Below are positions 1 to 10,850 of a stretch of 64,000 nt of DNA, in pieces. Source of the stretch: an uncultured Chromatiales bacterium (lineage in GTDB: Bacteria; Bacteroidota; Ignavibacteria; SZUA-365). The DNA is taken from NCBI GenBank assembly GCA_964448285.1, contig CAYUWG010000013.1:10970-74969 (forward strand), read 5' to 3'. Both the position numbers and the translations under genes were made by a program. Each line of letters opens with the position of its first letter. Position 1 is the first letter of the stretch. The notes beneath the pieces are model-generated. The model searched no databases, was not told where the DNA came from, and was given only the letters and a program-made list of their open reading frames with translations.

Positions 1-276
1 AGCAACGGTTCGTATGGTTCGAGGCTGACCGGCGCAGGCTTCGGTGGATGCACAATACATCTCATTCAAGAAGAGAAGAGCAATACATTTATTTCGCAAG
101 TGCTTAATGCTTTCTACACTGCAAAAAGAATACATGCATTCGAACAATCGACTGGAGAAGAATTCCGGGTAGATGATGCTGTCTTCTCGTGTAAACCGGA
201 AATGGGAGCGATGATTGAAAAGCTCGATAGACGCGGGCTTTCTTCTATCTCGAGCGTGGTGGAGGGAGGAGGATAG
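1..276 (+). CDS. galK: galactokinase, C-terminal fragment (gene starts upstream of window)
   Basis: Frame 1 translates to ...GSRLTGAGFGGCTIHLIQEEK...EEFRVDDAVFSCKPEMGAMIEKL, the GHMP-kinase C-terminal motif of galactokinases. Stop TAG at 274-276 overlaps the GTG start of the next ORF. Confidence 0.8.
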   Translation, partial: SNGSYGSRLTGAGFGGCTIHLIQEEKSNTFISQVLNAFYTAKRIHAFEQSTGEEFRVDDAVFSCKPEMGAMIEKLDRRGLSSISSVVEGGG

Positions 277-2105
277 TGTCACCGGATGACAGGCGGCAAT
301 ACCTCATTTCGCTTTGTACGGAATGTGGAAAGCGATACTTCAATGCAGAAACTCGAGTGTGTCTGATCCCGCGGGATACATTGTGGTTTGCGACCGGTTT
401 GGTGTTGAATGGCAGTAAAACAGACCAAGATCTTGGGATGTCATTGATCGAAGAATCAAAAAACGAAGACAACTCCCATACACCGGCGACGATGATCGTC
501 GTGTTGCATGCGCTTCGAGACATTCTTTCTGAAAAAGCAAATGTACATCTTCGATCAGAGATACAGCGGTCGCTCGTTCGTGCTGCACTCGTTGAATGGC
601 ACGACGGAAATGTCAATCATCCATTGGGTGCTTGGTGCACATTGACATGCGGGGGCGAACTATCCGATGAACGTTGGGCGGTAGAACTTGGGTATCAACG
701 ATTGAAGCGGTTCCGCTCGATCATTGGTGACCGACGGCATAGTAATCTTAGGCAAGCGGAGATGTCTGAGTACAATAGTCTGACATACTCGGCACTCGAT
801 ATAATCTTCCTTGCGATCATTGCTGAATATGTTGTTAATCAAGAAACGAAGCATCTCGCTCTTTTCCTAGAGCAACGACTTTGGCTTAACATGGCAATGC
901 AATTCCATGCACCGAGCGGACAGTTCGCAGGACCTCACTCACGTTCCTACATCGATGATTCGCATGGTGGCTATTCAGCGATGCACGCTCTTTGGTATCG
1001 AATCTTCGATAATGTCCGTCTCGATCCTGAAATTCCCAAGACTTATAATCATCCTTCAAATCTGCTTCAAAATGCGATTACTGCTATTACGCCATTGCAC
1101 ATACCTGAGCCGGCGGTCGAGATGGCGTGGAAAAAGCCCTTTCCATATTCATTCAGAAAACGGACATACGGTGAGTCATATCACGAGAATCATTCTGAAA
1201 AGTATTTCGATTCTGAAGTTTATCCCGGCGGATGGAGTGAACTAGTGACATACATGACGCCGGAGTATGCACTCGGAACAGCCTCGTTGCCGTACGTAAA
1301 TGCCGCGCAGTCTGACAGTGTTATTCTAAGAATAAAAAACAAGTTCGGCCATCGTTCAATGTTCTCACGTGCAGTGTTTAATGACTCAGTCGCCGGTCAG
1401 AAAAACCGTTGCCATGTTACGAAGGGACAGATCGATGAAAGCTATCTTTACGAAGAAGGCAGAGTGTTCACAGCCCAGCATAACGGGAAAGCAATCGTTT
1501 GCTATCATCCGAAACGTGCGGGACATACCGGCATCCGGAGTTTTCGCGTGGATATCATTTGCACTTTCGATAAGAGTTTCGAACAGTTGCATATTGGTGA
1601 TATCGAGATGACACATTATCCTCAAGAGTTTCATTCATTGGTACCTATCTTCTTTCAGGATTACCAGACATTCTGTGCGATCGTCCCTTTGATGCTTTCG
1701 CCCTTGAGTAATCCTGCTATGAAAGTGTGGCTAAACAATGGATATTTGATAATATCGCTGATTAACTATGATGGGAAAGAAAAGGATTGCACCAGAGATG
1801 AACTGACTGCGTGGCGTAATGGATTTATTATCAAGGTAGCAGAGTCACGCGAATACACGTCTTTTGATAAATTCAAGGCTTACATAGAAACTACTCGTAT
1901 CGATGATTTGTGGCAAGACCGCGTGCGGACGTTGAAGTATCATGATCAAAATAATACCCTCGCACTTTCCTATGATCCATTCGCAGAACGAATTCTTTTA
2001 TCTACCGTCGATGAAAACGAATGCAAGTACGATGGAATGTTTGTCGAATGTGAGGGATTGAATTCGTTTAGACCGCAAACGTTGTTTGGGAGTGAGGCAC
2101 TGTGA
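276..2105 (+). CDS. hypothetical protein (609 aa), probable glycan-active enzyme in a sugar-utilisation operon
   Basis: Long ORF translationally coupled to galK (TAGTG overlap) and to the downstream permease (GTGA overlap at 2102). No motif I can assign; the family is not recognisable from sequence alone. Confidence 0.5.
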   Translation: MSPDDRRQYLISLCTECGKRYFNAETRVCLIPRDTLWFATGLVLNGSKTDQDLGMSLIEESKNEDNSHTPATMIVVLHALRDILSEKANVHLRSEIQRSLVRAALVEWHDGNVNHPLGAWCTLTCGGELSDERWAVELGYQRLKRFRSIIGDRRHSNLRQAEMSEYNSLTYSALDIIFLAIIAEYVVNQETKHLALFLEQRLWLNMAMQFHAPSGQFAGPHSRSYIDDSHGGYSAMHALWYRIFDNVRLDPEIPKTYNHPSNLLQNAITAITPLHIPEPAVEMAWKKPFPYSFRKRTYGESYHENHSEKYFDSEVYPGGWSELVTYMTPEYALGTASLPYVNAAQSDSVILRIKNKFGHRSMFSRAVFNDSVAGQKNRCHVTKGQIDESYLYEEGRVFTAQHNGKAIVCYHPKRAGHTGIRSFRVDIICTFDKSFEQLHIGDIEMTHYPQEFHSLVPIFFQDYQTFCAIVPLMLSPLSNPAMKVWLNNGYLIISLINYDGKEKDCTRDELTAWRNGFIIKVAESREYTSFDKFKAYIETTRIDDLWQDRVRTLKYHDQNNTLALSYDPFAERILLSTVDENECKYDGMFVECEGLNSFRPQTLFGSEAL

Positions 2106-3004
2106 GGACTCCGAGATCATCAGCAATCGGGTATGCGTTCGTATCTCCATGGCTTTTCGGATTTCTCCTATTGACAGCGGGACCTATGCTGTATTCCTTA
2201 TACCTTAGCTTCACCTCAGCATCCCTATTGAGCCCGCAGCGATGGACAGGTCTTGAGAACTACGAGCAGATGCTTCTCGACGATTCACTCTTCTATGAAA
2301 GCCTTTTGAATACCGTGCATTATGTCGGGTTCTCCGTGCCGCTAGGAATAGTACTTGCGCTCGCGTTAGCCGTATTACTACATCAAAAAGTTCGAGGAAT
2401 TGCATATTTCAGGACAATGTTCTTTCTCCCGTCTGTTACGAATATGGTTGCGATTTCTGTATTGTGGTTGTGGATTTTCAATCCTGAATTCGGACTACTC
2501 AATTCAGTATTATCGTGGTTCGCTATCGAAGGACCCCTGTGGCTGCAAAGTGAAGAATGTTCGAAGCCTGCATTGATTCTCATGTCTCTATGGGGGGTAG
2601 GAGGAATGATGATCATCTTTCTCGCCGCACTGCAAGGTGTTCCAAGTGAACTGTACAAGGCAGCAGAACTTGATGGTGCCGGTTCGTGGGCTCGCTTCCG
2701 CAAGATTACAATACCAATGATTTCTCCTGCTCTCTTTTTCAATCTCATTATAGGAATCATCGGAAGTTTTCAAGTATTCACGCAGGCGTTTGTGATGACA
2801 GGAGGAGCTCAGCCCGGCAGTGAAGGTGGTCCGAACAACTCAACGTTGTTTTTCGTGTTGTATCTCTACAAAAAAGCATTTCAGGAATTCAAAATGGGGT
2901 ATGCTTCCGCTCTCGCTTGGGTACTTTTTGGAATTGTGGCAGTTCTTACCTTTCTGTTAACCCGAACTACGAAGGGGTGGATTCACTATGAAGCAGCGAG
3001 TTAG
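2102..3004 (+). CDS. carbohydrate ABC transporter permease (MalF/UgpA-like)
   Basis: Multi-TM protein with an EAA loop region AAELDGAGSWARFRKITIPMISPALFFNL typical of family-1 sugar ABC permeases. Confidence 0.9.
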   Translation: MRTPRSSAIGYAFVSPWLFGFLLLTAGPMLYSLYLSFTSASLLSPQRWTGLENYEQMLLDDSLFYESLLNTVHYVGFSVPLGIVLALALAVLLHQKVRGIAYFRTMFFLPSVTNMVAISVLWLWIFNPEFGLLNSVLSWFAIEGPLWLQSEECSKPALILMSLWGVGGMMIIFLAALQGVPSELYKAAELDGAGSWARFRKITIPMISPALFFNLIIGIIGSFQVFTQAFVMTGGAQPGSEGGPNNSTLFFVLYLYKKAFQEFKMGYASALAWVLFGIVAVLTFLLTRTTKGWIHYEAAS

Positions 3005-3007
3005 CTA

Positions 3008-3844
3008 ATGCGCCCGAGCATAAAAGCTATTCCGACCTACAGCCTTCTAATTGTCTTTGGGTCTGTATTCTCCCTTCCAGTACTTTGGATGTTGTCTTCC
3101 TCATTACATGAATTAAAAGATATCTTCGTACACCCGTATCGCTGGATACCGTCCGTACTCCGATTTGAAAATTATGAGCGGGCAGTCACTCTGATGACAT
3201 TTTTGAGATATCTCATAAACACACTGATTATTACAATTCCAACGATCGTATTCACTGTCCTTTCGAGTTCCATAGTTGCGTACGGATTTTCACGATTAAA
3301 ATTCAAGGGTCGTGACAAACTCTTTGCGCTTTGTCTTGCTACGATGATGTTACCCGGTCAGGTGACGATGATACCGCTCTATATGGGTTATGCCTCGTTA
3401 GGCTGGGTTGATACATACCTTCCGCTGATCATCCCAGCATTGTTCGGCTCTCCATTTTATATTTTTCTTCTGCGTCAATTCCTTCTTACAATCCCGAAAG
3501 AATATGATGAAGCAGCATTGATGGAGGGAACGAGTCGTCTAAGGATATATTGGAGCATCATTTTACCCCAGGCGAAGCCAGCATTGTTGACGGTTGTCAT
3601 TTTCGCATTCATTGGCTCGTGGAATGACTTCTACGGCCCTCTAGTGTATATCAACTCACCTGAACTAGCGACACTCACGTTGGGACTCAATATGATGAAG
3701 ACACAGATACTCGGATCAGGAACCATCGAATGGAATGTTATGATGGCGGCGTCGATGCTTATCCTTCTGCCGAACGTCATAATCTTCTTTTTTGCTCAAA
3801 AACATTTTGTCACTGGTATCAACATCGGTTCATTGAGAGGGTAG
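3008..3844 (+). CDS. carbohydrate ABC transporter permease (MalG/UgpE-like)
   Basis: EAALMEGTSRLRIYWSIILPQAKPAL EAA motif and six predicted TM segments. Directly follows the first permease. Confidence 0.9.
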   Translation: MRPSIKAIPTYSLLIVFGSVFSLPVLWMLSSSLHELKDIFVHPYRWIPSVLRFENYERAVTLMTFLRYLINTLIITIPTIVFTVLSSSIVAYGFSRLKFKGRDKLFALCLATMMLPGQVTMIPLYMGYASLGWVDTYLPLIIPALFGSPFYIFLLRQFLLTIPKEYDEAALMEGTSRLRIYWSIILPQAKPALLTVVIFAFIGSWNDFYGPLVYINSPELATLTLGLNMMKTQILGSGTIEWNVMMAASMLILLPNVIIFFFAQKHFVTGINIGSLRG

Positions 3845-3851
3845 GATCCTA

Positions 3852-5174
3852 ATGGTCAAATATGGTATCGTTACCATTACCTTCAGCTTTCTCGTTTCGT
3901 GCGGGCGGAATCATGATGATATTCCCGAAGTTGTTTATAACTGCTCTGCGAATACTGTGGAAATCGCTTCACTGCAGGAAGAACTTCCAGCATTCGAAAA
4001 ATCATCGGGAATTCGTATCAAGCTCAGCCCCTTCAGTGGTGATGAGAAGCTGATTGCGATGATCGCAGCAGGACAAGCTCCAGATATATTCTATACCAAC
4101 AACACGATGCGCGATCGCTTTGCCTCAGAAGGACACCTTTTGGATCTAAAATCGATTCCTGAGATGACTTCACTCTTAGAGAAGCTGCGTAAGGTAGATG
4201 TCGACCGCAGTACTTCAGTCGATGGAGGAATCTATGCTCTTAGCAACTGGACATTCACATCCGGTGTGTACTACAACCGTGCGATATTCGATAGTCTGAA
4301 GATCTCATATCCGGATTCATCATGGACATGGGACGAAATGGTCGAGATTGCAAGGCAGCTTACTGTGGATACGAATGGCGATGGAAAAACGGATCGGTAC
4401 GGTATTTTTATCGGAAGCCATTTTATAGAGGCGTTCGAGCAAATGAATCATGCACCAATTCAACGAAACGCATTGTACTTGTCTATTTCCGAGGAGTCAC
4501 AGGAAGTCTATCAGAAATATATGTCGCTCATGAAGGAGGGTATCATGCCCGATCTTCGTCGAGTGCAGGCAATGGGGATGCAGGCTTCGCAGATGCTGGA
4601 AAGTGGCCGAGTTGCTATGCTTGTCGAGGCAGTACCGAACATAGGACTTCAAGAGATGCTGAACATCGATTGGGGTGTTGCTGTACTACCGCGATTCGGT
4701 CAAAAAGTCCCACGGTATTTTCGCGCAGGCAGTGGTGGACTTTCAGTAAGCTTGAAAACGAAAAATATAAGCGCGTCAATACGTACACTTGAGTGGATAA
4801 TTTCGAAAGCGAGATTCTATCAACCCAATCCGATACTATCTGAGAGATCATTTGCAGATGAATGGGAGAAAAAGTACCCTCATCTAAAGAACAGGGGAAT
4901 GCGGGAAGTCTGGCTTGCAAGCGAACGATACGACGGTGGGGATGTACGATACTTTGTACGTTTCTCAAGTTGGACATCACAGTCAATACTTGAGCAACTT
5001 CAACCAAAGCTCGATCAACTGTGGGCTGGAAACCTTATGATTTCTGAGCTGGTCGCATCGGTACCTACCATCAATGCACGAGCGAAGAGAGAACTGGAAG
5101 CGGTTCTGTTGAATCCCGGAATCAAACCGTCGTTCAGGACTGCTATCGAAAGCGAAATTGCACGAAGTCGTTGA
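3852..5174 (+). CDS. extracellular solute-binding protein (family 1 sugar ABC SBP), lipoprotein
   Basis: N-terminal lipoprotein signal ...FSFLVSCG. Size of about 440 aa and position downstream of two permeases. Typical SBP composition. Confidence 0.8.
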   Translation: MVKYGIVTITFSFLVSCGRNHDDIPEVVYNCSANTVEIASLQEELPAFEKSSGIRIKLSPFSGDEKLIAMIAAGQAPDIFYTNNTMRDRFASEGHLLDLKSIPEMTSLLEKLRKVDVDRSTSVDGGIYALSNWTFTSGVYYNRAIFDSLKISYPDSSWTWDEMVEIARQLTVDTNGDGKTDRYGIFIGSHFIEAFEQMNHAPIQRNALYLSISEESQEVYQKYMSLMKEGIMPDLRRVQAMGMQASQMLESGRVAMLVEAVPNIGLQEMLNIDWGVAVLPRFGQKVPRYFRAGSGGLSVSLKTKNISASIRTLEWIISKARFYQPNPILSERSFADEWEKKYPHLKNRGMREVWLASERYDGGDVRYFVRFSSWTSQSILEQLQPKLDQLWAGNLMISELVASVPTINARAKRELEAVLLNPGIKPSFRTAIESEIARSR

Positions 5175-6511
5175 TTATGTTTCGCTTTGACCAGACAGAC
5201 ACTGCGAGCGGTAAAATATTCTACCGTGATGCGTGCATTGCCGAAATAGAAAATCTGAGGATGGGAAACATACGATTTCGGCTGGAAGGGGAAATATCCA
5301 TTGGAATGAACGTCCCCGTCAATCTCTTTTGGCAACAGTATATCAAACATCAGAATCCAGAGAGGAACGCGGGATCGCATGCTAGAATTGAGCATGTAGA
5401 AGCCGGTCACATCCTGAAGTTTAAATGCGTTGGTTCAAACGCGTCCGATGCTTTAGAGAGTGTGTATTATGCAAATGTATCTCTCCGTGATAGCGAGAAT
5501 ATCATATATGATATTGATGCGAGTCTGCGGATTCGCCCGGGTTGTGAATGGTTCATAGAGCCTAATCCACATCACGGTGAATTGGAGTTTTGCCAGGTCT
5601 GGCCGTACCAAACATTCCCTATAGATTCACGCGGGCAAAAGCGGTATGACGCATGCTTGATTCGAAGGAATGATACTTGGCAAAGAATCCCCCATCATCA
5701 CATCGAATCGTCGGACAAGCATAACATCATTCTCAACAGCGGTGATCAGTTTTGCTGGATTATCGAAGATGAAAATCCTGTGGTTGAAATATTCTCAAGG
5801 AACCAAGTATATGCGGGACTTTGCGCATACATGTGGGACGGTCACTTTGGATATCGTGCCCCCCTGAACGGTGTACTTAAAGAAGATGATTCGTTTACTG
5901 CACGGTTTCGTCTCTATTCAATCGACAGAGTGGAGGCTTCGTTGAAATCCCGGATGTCCCAGGAAACGTATCCACAAGAGATAGGAAATACACCGATCGT
6001 ACAAGCGGGGGTCAATACATTTTCTGATACACTGATTACTACACGAATACCGTGGAGACATGTATGGCCTTGGACGTACGAGGTGAAAGGGGCGGCTGAA
6101 TGCTGTCGTGATATATCAGTTGGATACGATGATTCAGCTTCGCTTCGCATCACCTCAAGTGGGGGAGAAGCTCGATGGATGGCTACTACATTTGGATCTG
6201 CTTTCGGCTTTGCGCCACTCCCAGATAACACACATTATCGATTGAGTGCATGGATAAAGACACATGACATTCGTGGGACAGTTCGCCTGCTTATACGAAT
6301 ACATAGAAAGGATATCGGTGATGTATTCGATGTTGAGACATACGATGTATTCTCGTCTATACCGATAGAATCGAGTCTTGAGGACTGGACTATGGTTACC
6401 GTCGAAACACCAAGTATTCACCCGGTACCCGATCGCTTACATATCATCTTGAGCATGAAAGGTGTTGGGACTGTGTGGTTCGATAATGTGTCGTTAAATA
6501 TGGTGGAGTAG
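5171..6511 (+). CDS. hypothetical protein (446 aa), C-terminal beta-sandwich/CBM-like region
   Basis: ORF overlapping the SBP stop (ATGA-type coupling). No recognisable catalytic motif. The C-terminal ~150 aa (..GTVRLLIRIH...VWFDNVSLNMVE) resembles carbohydrate-binding beta-sandwich modules. Confidence 0.45.
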   Translation: MIMFRFDQTDTASGKIFYRDACIAEIENLRMGNIRFRLEGEISIGMNVPVNLFWQQYIKHQNPERNAGSHARIEHVEAGHILKFKCVGSNASDALESVYYANVSLRDSENIIYDIDASLRIRPGCEWFIEPNPHHGELEFCQVWPYQTFPIDSRGQKRYDACLIRRNDTWQRIPHHHIESSDKHNIILNSGDQFCWIIEDENPVVEIFSRNQVYAGLCAYMWDGHFGYRAPLNGVLKEDDSFTARFRLYSIDRVEASLKSRMSQETYPQEIGNTPIVQAGVNTFSDTLITTRIPWRHVWPWTYEVKGAAECCRDISVGYDDSASLRITSSGGEARWMATTFGSAFGFAPLPDNTHYRLSAWIKTHDIRGTVRLLIRIHRKDIGDVFDVETYDVFSSIPIESSLEDWTMVTVETPSIHPVPDRLHIILSMKGVGTVWFDNVSLNMVE

Positions 6512-6516
6512 CATCA

Positions 6517-8553
6517 GTGGATCTTCACCGTCTTCCAACCGGCATGATGATGTGGTCGATCACGGACGAAGTGATAGAAAATCCGTTGACTCGTGCGACG
6601 CAGTTCAAGGATATACAAACGGCTGGTTTTGACGGTGTAGCGATTTTCGTGCGTTGTAGCCGGTACTCCTGGGATGAGGCGGAAGCGATCGGTGCACAGA
6701 CACATATTCAGGATATGTGCAGAGAGAAGGGTATGCATTTGTGGATCGGTGCAGATCCTCGAATGATGAGGCCGTTCGATGAGCGGTGGTCTGGTGCTAA
6801 TGTGCTTCTATTTGGGAATTGCCCTATGGCAGGTGATGCCTCGAATCTTGTACAGGTTGTCAATGGCCGTTTTTCCGTGCGATGTGAATATCATCCGCGT
6901 CCGGTGCATACGCTTCGCGACTGTGCCGTGGATTATTTACCACTCGGTATTACGAAAGTGTACGCCGTAAGGAGGAATAAACAACCTCTCACTGCAACTG
7001 ATATACAGGATATAACATCCACAGCACATTATTTTATCAACGCTCGTGACCGATATGTTGAAGCTCACGGATTTTACGATCATCCAAAGGATGAACGATG
7101 GTCCGTTGTCGCTTTTTTCCATTTTGCAACCAACCATTTCGACTTTTCCAATCCTATTCATCTATCGCATTATGAAAACAGATTGAAAAAGGTGAGCGAT
7201 GCTGGGTTAAGACCGTATGGCATTCAGTGGGATGAACCCGGTTATACATGTATCATGGGAAGTCTTCCATTTACGCCCGTAATCCGGGAAACATTCAGGG
7301 ATCGAACAACACAACCGTTAAAGGATCTCCTATGGAAGCTTGTATTCGAAGTAGATGACGAATCACACATCACGGTTCGCAAGATTTACTATTCGTTAGT
7401 GCAGGAAACAGTCGATAACGCCAGAATGCGATGCATCACATTCGCACAAACGCTATGGGGCGAAGGATTGATGGAAGGCATACACGATTCGTGGAGATGG
7501 GAATCTGCCGATATGAGTGATATGAATCATGGAAGCCTTGACCTTTGGCGTGCAGGTAAAAACCGCAACGGTGGATACATCGATCTTGGTAGCGTCAACT
7601 TATTGCGCGAAGCACAATCGCCCTTTTACAAAAATCTCGCAACGGTGTTGATTGCAGGAACATCTTTAGCGCGCAACAGCAACCTTCCAGTTGTGTTCAA
7701 CAATCTTTGGACTTCCGGTGACGATGAAGGACGCGGTTGGCAAGTCGAGGTGCTGGCGCATTGCGTCAGGGCAATGGCACTCTTTGGGCACAGATGGATT
7801 GCGCATATCTACGGTCCCGCCGGCATCCTTGGGCAGGAACGATCATTTCTGGGATTACCCGATACTCCCGGTTATCCCACTCATAATACCTGGCTTGCTT
7901 TTCCGGAGTGGTTAGAAATTCTGAAAAGACATCATTCGGCAATAGCACACCAATTACCCTTCTCGAATCTTCTGGTTGTATTTCCAGTCGAAACGATGTA
8001 CGCATTAGCGGATGCACGCGCCAACGTTGCCGCGAGTGATATATTCAATTTGTTGCTTGCGCTGCTCGATTGTAACTACCACGTGGAACTGGCAGCACCG
8101 TCGAGCTTAGAGAGAGCTTACTGGCAGGGGGGTCATTTCTTCTACAATGAACGAGCTTACGACGCAGTTGTCTATCCGTGGCCGAACGTCTTACCGGAGA
8201 ATTGCAAATTGCTGATTGGTGCCGACTACAGAAGGATGATCTTCGCGTTTTCCATGCCGCAGAAAACCGTTCAAAACGAACCGGTGCTTATATTCGATAA
8301 ACCGGAAATGGAGATACAAGCAGTGCTTGACAGACTTTCGTCGTTTTCGACACTCCGACCAGTCGCTGTGCCTCAAAACACATGGGTGACTATGACCAAC
8401 AATGGAGAAGGTACAGTCATCAGTGTGATGCCTTCGAGGGTAGGAGGATCGTTCAGCGGAGTCATTCAATACGAAGGGAGAGAATACACTATACTTGATG
8501 AGCATGGTCTCATTCGGCTATTATTCACGGGGGACGGCGTTAGGATAATATGA
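6517..8553 (+). CDS. hypothetical protein (678 aa), probable glycan-active enzyme
   Basis: Long ORF in the same operon with 5-nt spacing. Unknown family. Confidence 0.45.
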   Translation: MDLHRLPTGMMMWSITDEVIENPLTRATQFKDIQTAGFDGVAIFVRCSRYSWDEAEAIGAQTHIQDMCREKGMHLWIGADPRMMRPFDERWSGANVLLFGNCPMAGDASNLVQVVNGRFSVRCEYHPRPVHTLRDCAVDYLPLGITKVYAVRRNKQPLTATDIQDITSTAHYFINARDRYVEAHGFYDHPKDERWSVVAFFHFATNHFDFSNPIHLSHYENRLKKVSDAGLRPYGIQWDEPGYTCIMGSLPFTPVIRETFRDRTTQPLKDLLWKLVFEVDDESHITVRKIYYSLVQETVDNARMRCITFAQTLWGEGLMEGIHDSWRWESADMSDMNHGSLDLWRAGKNRNGGYIDLGSVNLLREAQSPFYKNLATVLIAGTSLARNSNLPVVFNNLWTSGDDEGRGWQVEVLAHCVRAMALFGHRWIAHIYGPAGILGQERSFLGLPDTPGYPTHNTWLAFPEWLEILKRHHSAIAHQLPFSNLLVVFPVETMYALADARANVAASDIFNLLLALLDCNYHVELAAPSSLERAYWQGGHFFYNERAYDAVVYPWPNVLPENCKLLIGADYRRMIFAFSMPQKTVQNEPVLIFDKPEMEIQAVLDRLSSFSTLRPVAVPQNTWVTMTNNGEGTVISVMPSRVGGSFSGVIQYEGREYTILDEHGLIRLLFTGDGVRII

Positions 8554-10850
8554 GTGGATCCGTATGGACGATTCCATTCGATGATATTGGGAACGGTGCG
8601 TCGATACTACAATTGTCTCGGGACATCGATGCACCGTGTATCGTCTCGATCGAATGCGACGCCGGGTTCTATCCGTTAGAGAAACACTTTCGGTATGCCA
8701 GGCATGAAGGGGGGAATGCACCCTACACGTTTTCGCATTTTGGTTTCTGCTCTTCACCACCAGGAATTCTCGTTGGACCATGGCCGGGATGGAGAGATAT
8801 CGAACAGATGCCGCGAGTATCTATCTCTTTTGCGGAGAAGCAGATTCCCGGTCAATACCAATTTTACGGTGATGAACTGGTGACACGAGTGCTGAACCTC
8901 ACATTTAGAGTAAGCGAGATGTGCGACCTAAAACCCGTCTTGCATATCAGTGATCATCGAATTCGTCCAACGAAATGTACGATTCGACGAGTCCCTGATA
9001 ATCGTACAATCCCGATAGCAGTATCGTTGATTGAAGAAATGCAGGGTATGCACCCACGTCTGTTTATCACACCAACGACTATAGATACCTTTTGGAACAG
9101 AGCGTTGACATCTCATCGCGAGCTCCATAATAGAATTGTGGAACTTCTCGATAACTGGGAACTGCCTCCTGATAAAACTCCGGAATCCAAACTTCCTGCA
9201 GGTCCGGAGCGGTTGTTCGCTGAAGACCGTGTTGTTCTCTCTGCACTACAAACTCTGCTGTTTCCTTCCGAACAGCATCTTGAAAGAGCGATCGATGCTT
9301 TGCTTGATTACGTAACTCTCACTCAACGAGATGACTATGAGCCGCTTCGGATAGATACGCAAAGTGGTGAGGTTCTTTTTACACTCTGTATCGGGTACGA
9401 CTGGCTCCATCGTGATTTGAATGACCATCAGAGATCGATCGTTGAGTCGCGTTTGAATGAAGTCGCACAGGTATGTTTGAATCATTTGCCGGAAACGAGA
9501 ACGGATTATGCGCAAGCACATTTTCTCGGTTGTGGATTGGGTTTGCTCGCGTACGCGTTTCTTCTTTGGGAAGATGATGCCATGGCGCCAAACCTTGCGG
9601 CGAGAATGAGAGGAGCGTTGGAGCGCGTGATCAACCTTCTTCCCGACGATGGATTCTTTCCACATGGAATCAATCTCTGGAGCTATGAACATGGTTTTCT
9701 CTTTCGATGGTTGGAATTATTTCGCTGTTGTACCGGCGAAAATCTTTGGGAGGGATTTCGATACTGGAAAAATGCCTCACGATTTCGCGCTTCTGTAACT
9801 TCGTCCGATTGGACGACCGCTATTACGTTAGGCGATCCACAGTATCGTGTCGGAGGCGATTCCTGGTGCCATGACCTGGTCGCGGCTCGAACGAAATCCC
9901 GGCAAGCTCAGTCACTCGCGAACGCATTGAGGGATCTGCCGGTCGATGGAGTGGATTATCGGCATGCTTCTGCGAGAAGGCGAGTGTGGGAATTTCTCTT
10001 TCACGATCCGGTCATCGAGCCTTATGAAAGGAATAATGGAATTCAGGTTTTCCATGATGGTGGACAAGTCAATGCCCGACATGGGAAAAGACTTGTCGTA
10101 TTCCGGAGCGGTGCACCGCTTGGAAAGAGCCGACGCGATGGCGGAGAGCTTGGAGCGTATGGCCATAGCGATCCAGGCAATGGCGGATTGCTCGTCCATG
10201 ATGGTGAGGACTTTATCCTGAGCGGTCCTGGACCGAGTTATTGGAGATCGACGTCTTTACACAACATTATCATCATCAATGGTAGAGGGCAATTCGGTGA
10301 TTCCTGCGTATGGCTACCGGATGTTTTTCCTGAGAGTGCCATTCCCGCTGAGCCGATAATTCATGAAAGCGAAGAATGTGTTTCTATTTTCGCCGAGCTT
10401 ACACGAGCGTATCTCCCCTCAGTTGGAGTCAAATCGTATGTTCGCGCACTGTTTATCGCTCCCGAAATCATCATTGGAGTCGATTCAATTTCGTTGAACA
10501 TACAGTCCGATATAGCACTGAATTTCCATTCATGGGGATCGTTCATACGAAATTCAGATGGAGTCTGGAGGATCAATGGAAAGAGCGAGAACTATGAGCT
10601 TCACTTTTTCTCCCGAACAGCTTTCAACGTAGAATGTGGTCTGACAGAGTTCGTCCCTGCGTACCCGCATAGCGGCACCAGAGATTCATTTCTACGGATG
10701 ACCGTTTTTGCTGATGAAGAATGCATGTGCTGGTTTCTCGGATCGGCGCCGATATCACGGCCCACCATCGTACATCGCAATGATCACATCCTGCTGACGT
10801 GCGGCAAGAGACACGTAAAGTTCAGCAGTGCAGGCTTGATGGAGTGCTGA
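8550..10850 (+). CDS. heparinase II/III-like (polysaccharide lyase-like) protein, tentative
   Basis: 766 aa. N-terminal helical region (ALLDYVTL..DWLHRDL), then ..GAYGHSDPGNGGLLVHDGEDFILSGPGPSYW, reminiscent of the H-x-H-x-D region of the Hepar_II_III C-terminal beta-sandwich. Assignment is weak. Confidence 0.4.
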   Translation: MSGSVWTIPFDDIGNGASILQLSRDIDAPCIVSIECDAGFYPLEKHFRYARHEGGNAPYTFSHFGFCSSPPGILVGPWPGWRDIEQMPRVSISFAEKQIPGQYQFYGDELVTRVLNLTFRVSEMCDLKPVLHISDHRIRPTKCTIRRVPDNRTIPIAVSLIEEMQGMHPRLFITPTTIDTFWNRALTSHRELHNRIVELLDNWELPPDKTPESKLPAGPERLFAEDRVVLSALQTLLFPSEQHLERAIDALLDYVTLTQRDDYEPLRIDTQSGEVLFTLCIGYDWLHRDLNDHQRSIVESRLNEVAQVCLNHLPETRTDYAQAHFLGCGLGLLAYAFLLWEDDAMAPNLAARMRGALERVINLLPDDGFFPHGINLWSYEHGFLFRWLELFRCCTGENLWEGFRYWKNASRFRASVTSSDWTTAITLGDPQYRVGGDSWCHDLVAARTKSRQAQSLANALRDLPVDGVDYRHASARRRVWEFLFHDPVIEPYERNNGIQVFHDGGQVNARHGKRLVVFRSGAPLGKSRRDGGELGAYGHSDPGNGGLLVHDGEDFILSGPGPSYWRSTSLHNIIIINGRGQFGDSCVWLPDVFPESAIPAEPIIHESEECVSIFAELTRAYLPSVGVKSYVRALFIAPEIIIGVDSISLNIQSDIALNFHSWGSFIRNSDGVWRINGKSENYELHFFSRTAFNVECGLTEFVPAYPHSGTRDSFLRMTVFADEECMCWFLGSAPISRPTIVHRNDHILLTCGKRHVKFSSAGLMEC